Source: Escherichia coli
GTDB taxonomy: Bacteria > Pseudomonadota > Gammaproteobacteria > Enterobacterales > Enterobacteriaceae
Reading direction: 5' to 3' (one strand)
DNA length: 64,000 nt
NCBI RefSeq assembly: GCF_041886205.1
Contig: NZ_CP169029.1
Shown: positions 1 through 11,685 of the stretch, in pieces
Layout of the letters: every line of letters starts with the position of its first letter
Position numbering within the stretch: the stretch's first letter is position 1
The notes under the pieces: generated by a model
Database searches by the model: none
What the model saw: only the letters and a program-made list of their open reading frames with translations
What the model was told of the DNA's origin: nothing
Program-made: the position numbers and the translations under genes

Positions 1-480
1 CTTGTCGCCTGTGGTTTTACGGGAGATCACCGCGCCTGCGTTGGATTCTGAACCGGTTGCTGGCAGCGTCAGCACACAGCCCATCGGGATGGCGCTTTTA
101 ATCTCTTTACCGCCCGTTTGCAGAATGTGCCACGGATCGATATTTTCCGGATAGTTAGCCGCTGCGGCGATAAATTTGGTGCCGTCCAGTACAGAACCGC
201 CGCCAACCGCCAGCAGGAAAGTCACTTTCTGTTCGCGAACCAGTTTCACGGCGTTCATCAGCGTTTCATAAGCCGGGTTTGGCTCAATACCGCCAAATTC
301 CAGCACGTCCATGCCTTTCAGGGCATCCAGAACTTGATCGAGAACGCCGGTTTTTTTCACGCTGCCGCCGCCGTAGGTAATCAATACGCGAGCATCGTGA
401 GGAATTTGTTCGCGTAAACCAGCGATTGCGCCTTTACAAAACAGAATGCGGGTTGGGGTGTGCAGATTAAAGTTGTTCAT
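1..480 (-). CDS. yqhD: NADPH-dependent aldehyde reductase YqhD, N-terminal part (gene runs off the window edge)
   Basis: Reverse-strand translation from the ATG at 478-480 gives [14 protein letters not shown]...[17 protein letters not shown]...[21 protein letters not shown], which I recognise as iron-type alcohol dehydrogenase YqhD. The + strand ORF 118-417 is antisense to it. Confidence 0.9.
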   Translation of the reverse strand, partial: MNNFNLHTPTRILFCKGAIAGLREQIPHDARVLITYGGGSVKKTGVLDQVLDALKGMDVLEFGGIEPNPAYETLMNAVKLVREQKVTFLLAVGGGSVLDGTKFIAAAANYPENIDPWHILQTGGKEIKSAIPMGCVLTLPATGSESNAGAVISRKTTGDK

Positions 481-616
481 TACTTGCTCCCTTTGCTGGG
501 CCAATATGAGGGCAGAGAACGATCTGCCTGATGTTTTTCATTGTGATCGCCAGCGCCCTGGCTCTCAATGCTCATTTCTGCCAATGTCTTGCCTATTTCT
601 CCAGAGTGCTGGAGAA
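481..616. promoter_or_regulatory. Divergent yqhD/yqhC intergenic promoter region
   Basis: Non-coding gap between divergent start codons. In E. coli YqhC activates yqhD from this region. No motif was verified by eye. Confidence 0.4.
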
Positions 617-1573
617 ATGCTACAAAATTGCGCACAATCAAATTGCCGCATTATTCCTAAGAAATTACGCGATATGAAACGTGAAGAGATTTGCCGCTTG
701 CTGGCGGATAAAGTTAATAAACTGAAAAATAAAGAAAATAGTTTGTCAGAACTGTTGCCCGATGTGCGTTTGTTGTATGGCGAGACGCCTTTCGCACGTA
801 CACCGGTGATGTACGAGCCTGGCATCATAATTCTCTTTTCCGGGCATAAAATCGGTTATATCAATGAACGCGTGTTTCGTTATGATGCCAATGAATACCT
901 GCTGCTGACGGTGCCGTTGCCGTTTGAGTGCGAAACCTATGCCACGTCAGAGGTGCCGCTGGCAGGGTTGCGTCTCAATGTCGATATTTTGCAGTTACAG
1001 GAACTGTTGATGGACATTGGCGAAGATGAGCATTTCCAGCCGTCGATGGCAGCCAGCGGGATTAACTCCGCCACGTTATCAGAAGAGATTTTATGCGCGG
1101 CGGAGCGGTTACTCGACGTGATGGAGCGACCACTGGATGCGCGTATTCTCGGCAAACAGATCATCCGCGAAATTCTGTACTACGTGCTGACCGGACCTTG
1201 CGGCGGCGCGTTACTGGCGCTGGTCAGTCGCCAGACTCACTTCAGTCTGATTAGCCGCGTGCTGAAACGGATTGAGAATAAATACACCGAAAACCTGAGC
1301 GTCGAGCAACTGGCGGCAGAAGCCAACATGAGCGTATCGGCGTTCCACCATAATTTTAAGTCTGTCACCAGTACCTCGCCGTTGCAGTATTTGAAGAATT
1401 ACCGTCTGCATAAGGCGCGGATGATGATCATCCATGACGGCATGAAGGCCAGCGCAGCAGCGATGCGCGTCGGCTATGAAAGCGCATCGCAATTTAGCCG
1501 TGAGTTTAAACGTTACTTCGGTGTGACGCCGGGGGAAGATGCGGCAAGAATGCGGGCGATGCAGGGGAATTAA
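617..1573 (+). CDS. yqhC: AraC-family transcriptional activator YqhC
   Basis: C-terminal AraC-type HTH region (…[46 protein letters not shown]…). The ORF 446-1573 overlaps yqhD; the internal Met at 617 (MLQNCAQ…) gives the 318-aa length I recall for YqhC. Confidence 0.8.
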   Translation: MLQNCAQSNCRIIPKKLRDMKREEICRLLADKVNKLKNKENSLSELLPDVRLLYGETPFARTPVMYEPGIIILFSGHKIGYINERVFRYDANEYLLLTVPLPFECETYATSEVPLAGLRLNVDILQLQELLMDIGEDEHFQPSMAASGINSATLSEEILCAAERLLDVMERPLDARILGKQIIREILYYVLTGPCGGALLALVSRQTHFSLISRVLKRIENKYTENLSVEQLAAEANMSVSAFHHNFKSVTSTSPLQYLKNYRLHKARMMIIHDGMKASAAAMRVGYESASQFSREFKRYFGVTPGEDAARMRAMQGN

Positions 1574-1612
1574 ATACGTTCCCGGTACAGCAACCGGGAA
1601 CAGGGAAAATCG

Positions 1613-2272
1613 TCAGGCGTTACAGTATTTTTTTTTAATCACCACAAACAGCGTGCCTAACAAGCCAGCGGTTAACAAGGCAATTGGCAGGATCATCAGG
1701 AACGTCATTACCTGATCTTCATGGCGTTTAACGAACGGAATCATACTTAAGGCATAGCCGAAACTGGTTACCACGCTGACCCACAGCAATCCGCTTAACC
1801 AGTTGAAAAACTGGAAACGGCGGTTTGGCAGACCGGAAATTCCCGCCATGGTTGGCAGCAGCGTACGGACAAATGCAAGAAAACGTCCAGCCAGCAGCGC
1901 CAGCAGACCGTGGCGGTCAAACATGCAGGTGGCGCGCTGGTGATATTTAGCAGGAAGCTGTGCCAGCCAGCCTTTCACCGTTTTGGTATTCCCTAACCAG
2001 CGCCCCTGAATATAACTTAGCCAGCAGCCCAGACTTGCTGCGGCGGTCAGAATCGCAATCGTAGGCAGAAAATCCATAACCCCCTGGGCAATCAATGCGC
2101 CTGCCAGTATCAACAAGCTGTCGCCTGGCAAAAATGAGGCGGGCAGCAGGCCGTTTTCTAAAAACAGCGTGGCAAACATGACAAAGTAAACAACGCTAAC
2201 AATATGAGGATCCGCCAGCGCGGCAAAGTCGTGTTGCCAGAGCGCAGCGATGATATCTTGAATAACAGCCAT
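1613..2272 (-). CDS. yghB: DedA-family inner membrane protein YghB
   Basis: 219-aa hydrophobic protein starting [44 protein letters not shown], matching YghB. Confidence 0.85.
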
Positions 2273-2411
2273 GGACTTTCCTGTGGAACAGCGTTTAAGC
2301 CTTTATCTGCCTATTGTACTCCTGATTCGTCCGGGACGCCTTGATCCCGGACGCAACAATTTAAGACTTTTCACAATTAAATGTCTGCAAAATTGTCCAA
2401 AAGTGGCAATG

Positions 2412-3599
2412 TTATACAATTCGCGCAAAACCGGCGTCCAGATCGGCAATCAGATCGTCGACATCTTCCAGACCAATATGCAGGCGAATCAAGGTCCCGC
2501 TAAAATCGATCTCGCCTTGTGGGCGAATGGCGGCGATATGTTCTGGTTGATTCGCCAGGATCAACGATTCATACCCGCCCCACGAGTAGGCCATGCTGAA
2601 TAAACTGAAGTTATCCAGATAGTTCGCCAGCTCTTCATTACTGAGTTTTTTCTTAAGCACAAAGGAAAATAGCCCGCTGCTACCTGTAAAGTCTCGTTTC
2701 CAAAATTCGTGGCCTTTACTGCCAGGCAGAGCAGGGTGGTTAACTCGCGCAACTTGCGGATGTTCTGCCAGCCATTCAGCCACTTTCAGACTGCTTTCAT
2801 GATGTTGACGCAAACGCACACCTAATGTGCGCAGGCCACGGCTGGTTATATAGGCGGTATCGGCATCGACCATCTGGCCCATCAGATAGGCGTTTTCCCG
2901 TAGCTGCTCCCAGCAACGGGCATTGCACACGGCAGTGCCAATCATCGCATCTGAATGCCCAACCAGATATTTGGTGGCGGCTTGAATAGAAACATCGATG
3001 CCAAAATCCAGCGCCTTAAACAGCACACCGGCTGCCCAGGTGTTGTCGATCATAATGATGGCATCCGGCACCACACTGCGTACGGCGGCAACAATCGCCG
3101 GAACGTCGTGGACTTCCATGGTGATGGAGCCTGGCGATTCCAGAAACACGATTTTAGTGTTTGGCTGCAGATGCTTAACGATATCGGCACCAATCAGCGG
3201 ATCAAACCACGATGTCGTTACGCCCAGTTTGCTGAGGATTTTGCTACAGAAATCCTGACTCGGTTCATAGGCGGTGTTGGTCATCAACACATGATCGCCC
3301 TGTTCGACAAAAGCAAGAATCGAATTAGCAACCGCTGCCGCCCCGCAGGGAAATAGCGCGCAGCCTGCGCCACCTTCCAGTTCACACATCGCTTGTTGTA
3401 AGGAAAAATGGGTTAACGTTCCGCGCCGTCCATAGAACAACTCGCCATTGGCGCGATTGCGCGTCGCGTGCTTTTTGGCTTCCATACTCTCAAATACCAG
3501 CGAAGAAGCGCGCTGAATCACGCTATTTACCGCGCCAAGAGTGTATTTTTTGCTGCGTCCTGCATTCACCAGTTGAGTATCAAGCTTTTTGTCCGCCAT
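2412..3599 (-). CDS. metC: Cystathionine beta-lyase MetC
   Basis: The ORF 2412-3734 contains the MetC sequence from the internal Met [19 protein letters not shown]…; a 395-aa product starts at 3599. A PLP-lysine context (…[10 protein letters not shown]…) is present. Confidence 0.9.
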   Translation of the reverse strand: MADKKLDTQLVNAGRSKKYTLGAVNSVIQRASSLVFESMEAKKHATRNRANGELFYGRRGTLTHFSLQQAMCELEGGAGCALFPCGAAAVANSILAFVEQGDHVLMTNTAYEPSQDFCSKILSKLGVTTSWFDPLIGADIVKHLQPNTKIVFLESPGSITMEVHDVPAIVAAVRSVVPDAIIMIDNTWAAGVLFKALDFGIDVSIQAATKYLVGHSDAMIGTAVCNARCWEQLRENAYLMGQMVDADTAYITSRGLRTLGVRLRQHHESSLKVAEWLAEHPQVARVNHPALPGSKGHEFWKRDFTGSSGLFSFVLKKKLSNEELANYLDNFSLFSMAYSWGGYESLILANQPEHIAAIRPQGEIDFSGTLIRLHIGLEDVDDLIADLDAGFARIV

Positions 3600-3617
3600 G
3601 TCGGGATTCCTGTTTTT

Positions 3618-3641
3618 ATACGTCTGGATGTCTAAACTAGC
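3618..3641. promoter_or_regulatory. Putative tandem MetJ boxes upstream of metC
   Basis: ATACGTCT-GGATGTCT-AAACTAGC lies immediately 5' of the metC start and resembles tandem 8-bp met boxes (consensus AGACGTCT). Confidence 0.35.
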
Positions 3642-3850
3642 ATGAATATTCGCGGGCGCATCCTGAAGAATTGGCATAAAGCAGAAAATTTTCGCAAATG
3701 GCGTGCTGGTGACTTTTTTACTGCGTAAACGCAAGGAAAAGAAAGCAAAGGTACGGCAGTATGCAAATAGTAATGAGAACGACTATCAATTCGACGTCAT
3801 TTTGATATTATTATGCGCAGATTTTGTGACTTGCGTCCTGGAGATACACA

Positions 3851-4585
3851 GTGGGTAATAATTTGATGCAGACGGACCTTTCCGTCTGGGGTATGTATCA
3901 GCACGCCGATATTGTCGTTAAGTGCGTGATGATTGGGCTTATTTTGGCCTCCGTAGTCACTTGGGCAATCTTCTTCAGTAAGAGCGTAGAATTCTTCAAT
4001 CAGAAGCGTCGCCTTAAGCGCGAGCAGCAACTGCTGGCTGAAGCGCGTTCCTTAAACCAGGCCAACGATATCGCCGCTGATTTTGGTAGCAAAAGCTTAA
4101 GCCTGCATTTGCTCAATGAAGCGCAGAATGAGCTGGAACTGTCAGAAGGCAGCGACGATAACGAAGGTATTAAAGAACGTACCAGCTTCCGTCTGGAGCG
4201 TCGGGTCGCCGCAGTGGGTCGTCAAATGGGCCGCGGTAACGGCTATCTGGCAACCATCGGCGCGATTTCTCCGTTCGTTGGTCTGTTTGGTACGGTCTGG
4301 GGCATCATGAACAGCTTTATTGGTATCGCGCAAACGCAGACCACTAACCTGGCAGTCGTTGCGCCGGGTATCGCAGAAGCTCTGTTAGCAACGGCAATCG
4401 GCCTCGTGGCAGCGATTCCTGCGGTCGTTATCTATAACGTATTTGCACGCCAGATTGGCGGCTTTAAAGCGATGCTGGGTGATGTTGCAGCGCAGGTATT
4501 GTTGCTGCAAAGCCGTGACCTGGATCTGGAAGCCAGCGCCGCTGCGCATCCGGTTCGTGTCGCACAAAAATTACGCGCAGGATAA
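3851..4585 (+). CDS. exbB: TonB-system energiser ExbB
   Basis: 244 aa, MGNNLMQTDLSVWGMYQHADIVVKCVMIGL…, MotA/TolQ/ExbB family; GTG start. Confidence 0.9.
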   Translation: MGNNLMQTDLSVWGMYQHADIVVKCVMIGLILASVVTWAIFFSKSVEFFNQKRRLKREQQLLAEARSLNQANDIAADFGSKSLSLHLLNEAQNELELSEGSDDNEGIKERTSFRLERRVAAVGRQMGRGNGYLATIGAISPFVGLFGTVWGIMNSFIGIAQTQTTNLAVVAPGIAEALLATAIGLVAAIPAVVIYNVFARQIGGFKAMLGDVAAQVLLLQSRDLDLEASAAAHPVRVAQKLRAG

Positions 4586-4591
4586 TATCCG

Positions 4592-5017
4592 ATGGCAATG
4601 CATCTTAACGAAAACCTCGACGATAACGGCGAAATGCATGATATCAACGTGACGCCGTTTATCGACGTGATGTTGGTTCTGCTGATTATCTTTATGGTGG
4701 CGGCACCGTTAGCGACGGTAGATGTGAAGGTGAACTTGCCTGCTTCTACCAGCACGCCGCAGCCGCGCCCGGAAAAACCGGTTTATCTGTCGGTGAAGGC
4801 AGACAACTCGATGTTTATCGGTAACGATCCGGTCACCGATGAAACAATGATTACGGCGTTGAATGCGTTAACCGAAGGCAAGAAAGACACCACCATCTTC
4901 TTCCGGGCGGACAAAACCGTCGATTACGAGACGTTGATGAAGGTAATGGATACGCTGCATCAGGCGGGTTACCTGAAGATAGGTCTGGTCGGCGAAGAAA
5001 CCGCCAAAGCGAAGTAA
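4592..5017 (+). CDS. exbD: TonB-system protein ExbD
   Basis: 141 aa, MAMHLNENLDDNGEMHDINVTPFIDVMLVLLIIFMVAAP…, 6 bp downstream of exbB. Confidence 0.9.
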   Translation: MAMHLNENLDDNGEMHDINVTPFIDVMLVLLIIFMVAAPLATVDVKVNLPASTSTPQPRPEKPVYLSVKADNSMFIGNDPVTDETMITALNALTEGKKDTTIFFRADKTVDYETLMKVMDTLHQAGYLKIGLVGEETAKAK

Positions 5018-5022
5018 AGTAG

Positions 5023-5250
5023 AATTGCCTGATGCGCTACGCTCATCAGGCCTACAAAATCTATTGCAACATGTTGAATCTTCGTGCGTTTGTAGGCCGG
5101 ATAAGGCGTTCACGACGCATCCGGCATTAGGTGCTCAATGCCTGATGCGCTACGCTTATCAGGCCTACAAAATCTATTGCAACATGTTGAATCTTCATGC
5201 GTTTGTAGGCGGATAAGGCGTTTTCGCCACATCAGGTAAGAGTGAATTCA
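5023..5250. repeat. Tandem REP/BIME-type intergenic repeats (two ~115-bp copies)
   Basis: The unit gcctgatgcgctacgct(c/t)atcaggcctacaaaatctattgcaacatgttgaatcttc…gtaggc(c)ggataaggcg occurs twice, with imperfect palindromes typical of REP elements. Confidence 0.7.
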
Positions 5251-5255
5251 CAATG

Positions 5256-5290
5256 ATGCCCGGTTGCTTTTCACAACCGGGCATTTTTTT
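5256..5290. terminator. Stem-loop plus T-run between the convergent exbD and yghA genes
   Basis: gcccggttgcttttcacaaccgggc followed by attttttt. Confidence 0.5.
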
Positions 5291-6173
5291 AACCTAAATG
5301 CTCGCCGCCGCACACGCCGTGCACTTCTGCGGTGACGTAGCTCGACTCCTGACTTGCCAGATAAACATATACAGGGGCCAGTTCCGCCGGTTGCCCCGCA
5401 CGTTTCATCGGCGTTTGCTGACCAAACTGCGGGATCTTATCCTGCGTTTGTCCGCCGGAAATTTGCAGTGCTGTCCAGATCGGGCCTGGCGCGACAATAT
5501 TCACCCGAATACCTTTCTCCGCGACCTGTTTTGCCAAGCCACGGCTGTAGTTCAGAATCGCCGCCTTCGTAGCCGCATAGTCCAGTAAATGCGGACTTGG
5601 CTGGTATGCCTGGATTGACGAAGTGGTGATGATACTTGCACCTTTCGGTAGCAGGGGGATCGCTTCCTGGGTTAGCCAGAACAGCGCGAAAACGTTAATG
5701 GCAAAGGTCTTTTGAAACTGTTCGCTGGTGAGGTCTGCAATATCCGGAATGGCAACCTGTTTCCCGGCGACCAGCGCCATAATATCCAGCCCGCCTAACG
5801 CCTTGTGCGCTTCGTGAACCAGCGAACGGGCAAATTTCTCATCGCTTAAATCGCCTGGCAGCAGAACGGCTTTGCGTCCGCATTCTTCAATGATCTTTTT
5901 CACATCCTGAGCGTCTTCTTCTTCCACGGGAAGATAACTGATCGCCACGTCAGCCCCTTCACGCGCGTAAGCGATGGCGGCAGCGCGACCTATTCCGGAA
6001 TCGCCCCCTGTCACCAGTGCTTTACGATCTTTCAGGCGACCGCTACCAACATAGGTTTTCTCGCCGCAATCCGGTACCGGTGTCATCTTCGCCTGGATGC
6101 CTGGCGTCGGTTGTTTCTGTTTGGGATATTCACCAGTGTAATACTGCGTGGTCGGGTCTTTTAAATGAGACAT
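5289..6173 (-). CDS. yghA: SDR-family NAD(P)-dependent oxidoreductase YghA
   Basis: 294 aa with a Rossmann motif ([15 protein letters not shown]), consistent with YghA. Confidence 0.85.
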
Positions 6174-6294
6174 CGTTTTTCTCCCTTCAGGTTCAACGTC
6201 CTTTAAGGGTAGACGTTCTCGATGCGTTGATAAGGGAACCAGGAAGATCCCTAAACCTCAGAATTATGCGACAAAGGTTTAACGTATATGTTGA

Positions 6295-6858
<564 letters not shown>

Positions 6859-6897
6859 TCTGATTCGGGCGCGGTTCTCGCGCCCGTTATTAACAGG

Positions 6898-7938
6898 TCA
6901 TTTATCGGAAGACGCCTGCCACAGATTCAGCTCGCCATCGGCGATATGCTGATCAATCTGCGCCAGCTCCTCGGTGCTAAATGTCAGATTATTCAGCGCC
7001 TGCACGTTCTCCTCTAGTTGCTCCGCGCGGCTGGCACCAATCAATACCGACGTCACGCGATCATCTTTCAGCAACCAGCTTAACGCCATTTGCGCCATTG
7101 ATTGTCCACGCTGCTGTGCCATTTCATTCAATAAGCGCAGGCTGTTGAGGTTGGCTTCGGTAAGCATTTTCGGCGTCAGACCACGAACTTTATTCCCTTC
7201 ACGATGCATCCGTGAATCTTGCGGAATGCCGTTGAGATATTTTCCGGTCAGCAATCCCTGAGCCAGAGGAGTAAAGGCAATACAGCCCACGCCGTTATTT
7301 TGCAGGGTATCCAGCAGGCCGCTTTTATCCACCCAGCGGTTCAGTAAATTGTACGAAGGTTGATGAATTAAAAGCGGAATTTTCCACTCGTGCAGCAACT
7401 CGACCATTTTTTGCGTCCGCTCTGGCGAGTAAGAGGAGATCCCGACATACAGCGCCTTACCGCTTTGTACCGCATGAGCCAGCGCAGAGGCGGTTTCTTC
7501 CATCGGCGTATTTTCATCGACGCGATGAGAGTAAAAGATATCGACATACTCAAGCCCCATACGCTTCAGGCTTTGGTCGAGGCTGGCGAGCAGGTATTTA
7601 CGTGAACCGCCAGAGCCGTAAGGGCCGGGCCACATATCGTAGCCAGCCTTGGTAGAGATAATCAGTTCATCGCGATAAGCGGCAAAATCCTCCCGCAGCA
7701 GGCGACCAAAGTTCTCTTCTGCGCTTCCTGGAGGCGGCCCGTAATTGTTGGCTAAATCAAAGTGCGTAATGCCTAAATCAAACGCTTTACGCAGGATTGC
7801 ACGCTGTGATTCCAGCGCGTTAACGTGACCGAAATTGTGCCATAAACCGAGCGATAACGCGGGCAGGCGTAAACCACTTTTTCCGCAATAGCGGTATTGC
7901 ATCTGCCCGTAACGTTCGGGATTCGCTAACCAGACCAT
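6898..7938 (-). CDS. gpr: Aldo-keto reductase (L-glyceraldehyde-3-phosphate reductase) Gpr/YghZ
   Basis: 346 aa, MVWLANPERYGQMQYRYCGKSGLRLPALSLGLWHNFG…, AKR family. Confidence 0.85.
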   Translation of the reverse strand: MVWLANPERYGQMQYRYCGKSGLRLPALSLGLWHNFGHVNALESQRAILRKAFDLGITHFDLANNYGPPPGSAEENFGRLLREDFAAYRDELIISTKAGYDMWPGPYGSGGSRKYLLASLDQSLKRMGLEYVDIFYSHRVDENTPMEETASALAHAVQSGKALYVGISSYSPERTQKMVELLHEWKIPLLIHQPSYNLLNRWVDKSGLLDTLQNNGVGCIAFTPLAQGLLTGKYLNGIPQDSRMHREGNKVRGLTPKMLTEANLNSLRLLNEMAQQRGQSMAQMALSWLLKDDRVTSVLIGASRAEQLEENVQALNNLTFSTEELAQIDQHIADGELNLWQASSDK

Positions 7939-8095
7939 GACCTCTCCTTTCCACCGTTCAATTTCGAAACAATGTTTCTAGTTTAGCGATTCGCCAGCGC
8001 GTATCCCGTAGTCTGGCTCACAGAGTGACGAAAAACTGGGCAAAAACACGTGCTTATGCTTTGCTTAAAAAAAACACCAACTGAGGAGTGCAACG

Positions 8096-8983
8096 ATGCC
8101 GCGTTTAACCGCCAAAGATTTCCCACAAGAGTTGCTGGATTACTATGACTATTACGCTCACGGGAAAATCTCGAAACGTGAGTTCCTCAACCTTGCGGCG
8201 AAGTATGCGGTAGGCGGGATGACGGCATTAGCGTTGTTTGATTTGCTCAAGCCAAATTATGCGCTGGCGACTCAGGTAGAGTTTACCGACCCGGAAATTG
8301 TTGCTGAGTACATCACGTATCCTTCGCCAAATGGTCACGGCGAGGTGCGGGGTTATCTGGTGAAGCCCGCAAAGATGAGCGGCAAAACGCCAGCCGTAGT
8401 GGTGGTGCATGAGAATCGTGGACTGAATCCGTATATCGAAGATGTGGCACGGCGAGTGGCGAAGGCGGGGTATATCGCCCTGGCACCTGACGGCTTAAGT
8501 TCCGTTGGAGGTTATCCGGGAAATGATGATAAAGGTCGTGAGCTGCAACAGCAGGTTGATCCAACCAAACTGATGAATGATTTCTTTGCCGCAATTGAGT
8601 TTATGCAACGCTATCCGCAAGCGACAGGCAAAGTGGGTATTACCGGATTTTGCTATGGCGGTGGCGTATCGAACGCGGCGGCTGTCGCGTATCCGGAACT
8701 GGCCTGCGCGGTGCCGTTTTATGGTCGTCAGGCACCCACTGCCGATGTGGCGAAGATTGAAGCGCCTTTACTACTCCACTTCGCGGAACTGGACACCCGA
8801 ATCAACGAGGGCTGGCCTGCTTACGAGGCGGCGTTGAAAGCCAATAATAAGGTTTATGAGGCGTATATCTATCCGGGGGTTAATCACGGATTCCATAATG
8901 ATTCCACGCCCCGTTATGACAAATCTGCCGCCGATCTTGCCTGGCAAAGGACACTGAAATGGTTCGATAAATATCTCTCCTGA
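8096..8983 (+). CDS. yghX: Dienelactone hydrolase family protein (apparently intact YghX)
   Basis: 295-aa uninterrupted ORF containing a nucleophile-elbow-like GFCYGG motif. I recall yghX as a pseudogene in K-12; that is memory, not a check. Confidence 0.7.
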   Translation: MPRLTAKDFPQELLDYYDYYAHGKISKREFLNLAAKYAVGGMTALALFDLLKPNYALATQVEFTDPEIVAEYITYPSPNGHGEVRGYLVKPAKMSGKTPAVVVVHENRGLNPYIEDVARRVAKAGYIALAPDGLSSVGGYPGNDDKGRELQQQVDPTKLMNDFFAAIEFMQRYPQATGKVGITGFCYGGGVSNAAAVAYPELACAVPFYGRQAPTADVAKIEAPLLLHFAELDTRINEGWPAYEAALKANNKVYEAYIYPGVNHGFHNDSTPRYDKSAADLAWQRTLKWFDKYLS

Positions 8984-9101
8984 TAGGTTTATCTCTTACG
9001 GGATTACGTCTTAAACAAGCATGAAAAAATAGCGTGCGCAAAAGTCGTTCTTTGCCTAAAATATCGCTATATATGGCGATATATAGCGAATGAGGTGAAC
9101 G

Positions 9102-9389
9102 ATGAATAACCATTTTGGTAAAGGCTTAATGGCGGGATTAAAAGCAACGCATGCCGACAGTGCGGTTAATGTGACAAAATTCTGTGCCGATTATAAACGC
9201 GGTTTTGTATTAGGCTACTCACACCGGATGTACGAAAAGACCGGAGATCGCCAGCTTAGCGCCTGGGAAGCGGGTATTCTGACGCGCCGCTATGGACTGG
9301 ATAAAGAGATGGTAATGGATTTCTTTCGTGAGAATAATTCCTGTTCTACGTTGCGCTTTTTTATGGCCGGTTATCGCCTCGAAAATTGA
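9102..9389 (+). CDS. yghW: Small conserved protein YghW
   Basis: 95 aa, [35 protein letters not shown]…, located upstream of the hyb operon as in E. coli. Confidence 0.7.
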
Positions 9390-9577
9390 TCAAACATACG
9401 TATTATCTTGCTTTAATTAATTACACTAATGCTTCTTCCCTTCGTTTTAGCGCCCCGCCGCAGTATCATGATATCGATAACCATAATAAATGTGTGGTAA
9501 ATGGCGCATCGATCGCATTATTGATTTTGCGATTGAGGCAAAATATATGCCAGGTCTTCGCAACGGAATAACTATAA

Positions 9578-10696
9578 ATGACTGGAGATAACACCCTCAT
9601 CCATTCTCACGGCATTAACCGTCGTGATTTCATGAAGCTTTGTGCAGCATTAGCCGCCACCATGGGGTTAAGTAGCAAAGCCGCTGCAGAGATGGCCGAA
9701 TCGGTTACTAACCCGCAGCGTCCGCCAGTTATCTGGATTGGCGCGCAGGAGTGCACCGGTTGTACGGAATCTCTGCTTCGTGCAACGCATCCAACGGTAG
9801 AAAACCTCGTACTGGAGACTATCTCTCTGGAGTATCACGAAGTGCTTTCCGCCGCCTTCGGTCATCAGGTCGAAGAGAACAAACATAACGCTCTCGAGAA
9901 GTACAAAGGGCAGTATGTGTTAGTGGTGGATGGTTCCATCCCATTAAAAGATAACGGTATTTATTGCATGGTTGCCGGTGAGCCGATTGTGGATCACATC
10001 CGCAAAGCGGCGGAAGGCGCAGCAGCCATTATCGCTATCGGTTCCTGCTCTGCGTGGGGCGGTGTTGCCGCAGCTGGAGTTAACCCAACTGGCGCAGTCA
10101 GCCTGCAAGAAGTTCTGCCAGGCAAAACCGTTATCAATATTCCGGGCTGCCCGCCGAACCCGCACAACTTCCTCGCGACCGTTGCGCACATCATCACTTA
10201 CGGCAAACCGCCGAAACTGGATGACAAAAACCGTCCGACCTTCGCCTATGGCCGTCTGATTCACGAACACTGCGAACGTCGCCCGCACTTCGATGCTGGT
10301 CGTTTTGCCAAAGAGTTCGGTGATGAAGGCCACCGCGAAGGCTGGTGCCTGTACCACCTCGGCTGTAAAGGGCCAGAAACTTACGGCAACTGCTCAACGC
10401 TGCAATTCTGCGATGTTGGCGGTGTGTGGCCGGTGGCGATTGGTCACCCGTGCTATGGCTGTAACGAAGAAGGTATCGGCTTCCATAAAGGCATCCATCA
10501 GCTTGCCAACGTCGAAAATCAAACTCCGCGTTCACAGAAACCGGATGTTAACGCTAAAGAGGGCGGCAACGTCTCTGCAGGCGCTATTGGTTTGCTCGGC
10601 GGTGTGGTTGGGTTGGTTGCCGGTGTCAGCGTGATGGCGGTGCGTGAACTGGGTCGTCAGCAAAAGAAAGATAACGCTGACTCACGGGGAGAATAA
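9578..10696 (+). CDS. hybO: Hydrogenase-2 small subunit HybO (Tat signal peptide)
   Basis: 372 aa with a twin-arginine motif ([25 protein letters not shown]) and the Cys-rich [NiFe]-hydrogenase small-subunit pattern. Confidence 0.95.
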   Translation: MTGDNTLIHSHGINRRDFMKLCAALAATMGLSSKAAAEMAESVTNPQRPPVIWIGAQECTGCTESLLRATHPTVENLVLETISLEYHEVLSAAFGHQVEENKHNALEKYKGQYVLVVDGSIPLKDNGIYCMVAGEPIVDHIRKAAEGAAAIIAIGSCSAWGGVAAAGVNPTGAVSLQEVLPGKTVINIPGCPPNPHNFLATVAHIITYGKPPKLDDKNRPTFAYGRLIHEHCERRPHFDAGRFAKEFGDEGHREGWCLYHLGCKGPETYGNCSTLQFCDVGGVWPVAIGHPCYGCNEEGIGFHKGIHQLANVENQTPRSQKPDVNAKEGGNVSAGAIGLLGGVVGLVAGVSVMAVRELGRQQKKDNADSRGE

Positions 10697-10698
10697 CC

Positions 10699-11685
10699 GT
10701 GAACAGACGTAATTTTATTAAAGCAGCCTCCTGCGGGGCATTGCTGACGGGCGCGCTGCCGTCTGTCAGTCATGCGGCTGCTGAAAACCGCCCGCCAATT
10801 CCGGGATCGCTGGGGATGTTGTACGACTCGACCTTGTGCGTAGGCTGCCAGGCTTGCGTCACCAAGTGTCAGGATATCAATTTCCCTGAACGTAACCCGC
10901 AAGGGGAACAGACCTGGTCGAACAACGACAAACTGTCGCCGTATACCAATAACATCATTCAGGTGTGGACCAGCGGCACAGGGGTCAACAAAGACCAGGA
11001 GGAGAACGGCTACGCGTACATTAAGAAACAGTGTATGCACTGCGTCGATCCGAACTGTGTCTCTGTGTGCCCGGTCTCTGCACTGAAAAAAGATCCGAAA
11101 ACCGGCATTGTCCATTACGACAAAGACGTGTGCACCGGTTGCCGTTACTGCATGGTCGCCTGTCCGTACAACGTGCCGAAGTACGACTACAACAACCCGT
11201 TTGGTGCGCTGCATAAGTGCGAGCTGTGCAACCAGAAAGGTGTGGAACGTCTCGATAAAGGCGGTCTGCCTGGCTGCGTAGAAGTGTGCCCGGCGGGCGC
11301 GGTGATTTTCGGTACGCGTGAAGAGCTGATGGCGGAGGCGAAAAAACGTCTGGCGCTGAAGCCTGGCAGCGAATACCACTATCCGCGTCAGACGCTGAAA
11401 TCTGGCGACACTTACCTGCATACGGTGCCGAAATATTATCCGCATCTGTACGGCGAGAAAGAGGGCGGCGGTACTCAGGTTCTGGTACTGACGGGTGTGC
11501 CTTATGAAAATCTCGACCTGCCGAAACTGGACGATCTTTCTACCGGTGCGCGTTCCGAAAATATTCAACACACCCTGTATAAAGGCATGATGCTACCACT
11601 GGCTGTGCTGGCGGGCTTAACCGTGCTGGTTCGTCGCAACACCAAAAACGACCATCACGACGGAGGAGACGATCATGAGTCATGA
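10699..11685 (+). CDS. hybA: Hydrogenase-2 ferredoxin-type 4Fe-4S subunit HybA
   Basis: 328 aa, GTG start, Tat-like N-terminus ([16 protein letters not shown]) and several CxxCxxCxxxCP ferredoxin motifs. Confidence 0.95.

Noticed and set aside
118-417. 99-aa + strand ORF
   Set aside because: Lies entirely antisense within yqhD, whose reverse-strand translation matches a known protein.
446-616. 5' extension of the yqhC ORF
   Set aside because: It overlaps the divergent yqhD start; the internal Met at 617 gives the expected 318-aa length.
2271-2603. 110-aa + strand ORF
   Set aside because: Overlaps the yghB start and metC 3' end on the opposite strand; no support.
3600-3734. N-terminal extension of metC (440-aa ORF)
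   Set aside because: The recognised MetC sequence starts at the internal Met (MADKKLD); the extension would cover the promoter and met-box region.
5023-5250. Possible CRISPR array or MITE
   Set aside because: Only two tandem copies with no spacer-repeat periodicity; the sequence matches the REP/BIME palindromic pattern.
10657-11571. 304-aa minus-strand ORF
   Set aside because: Antisense to hybA; Arg-rich low-complexity translation typical of a spurious frame in GC-rich coding sequence.
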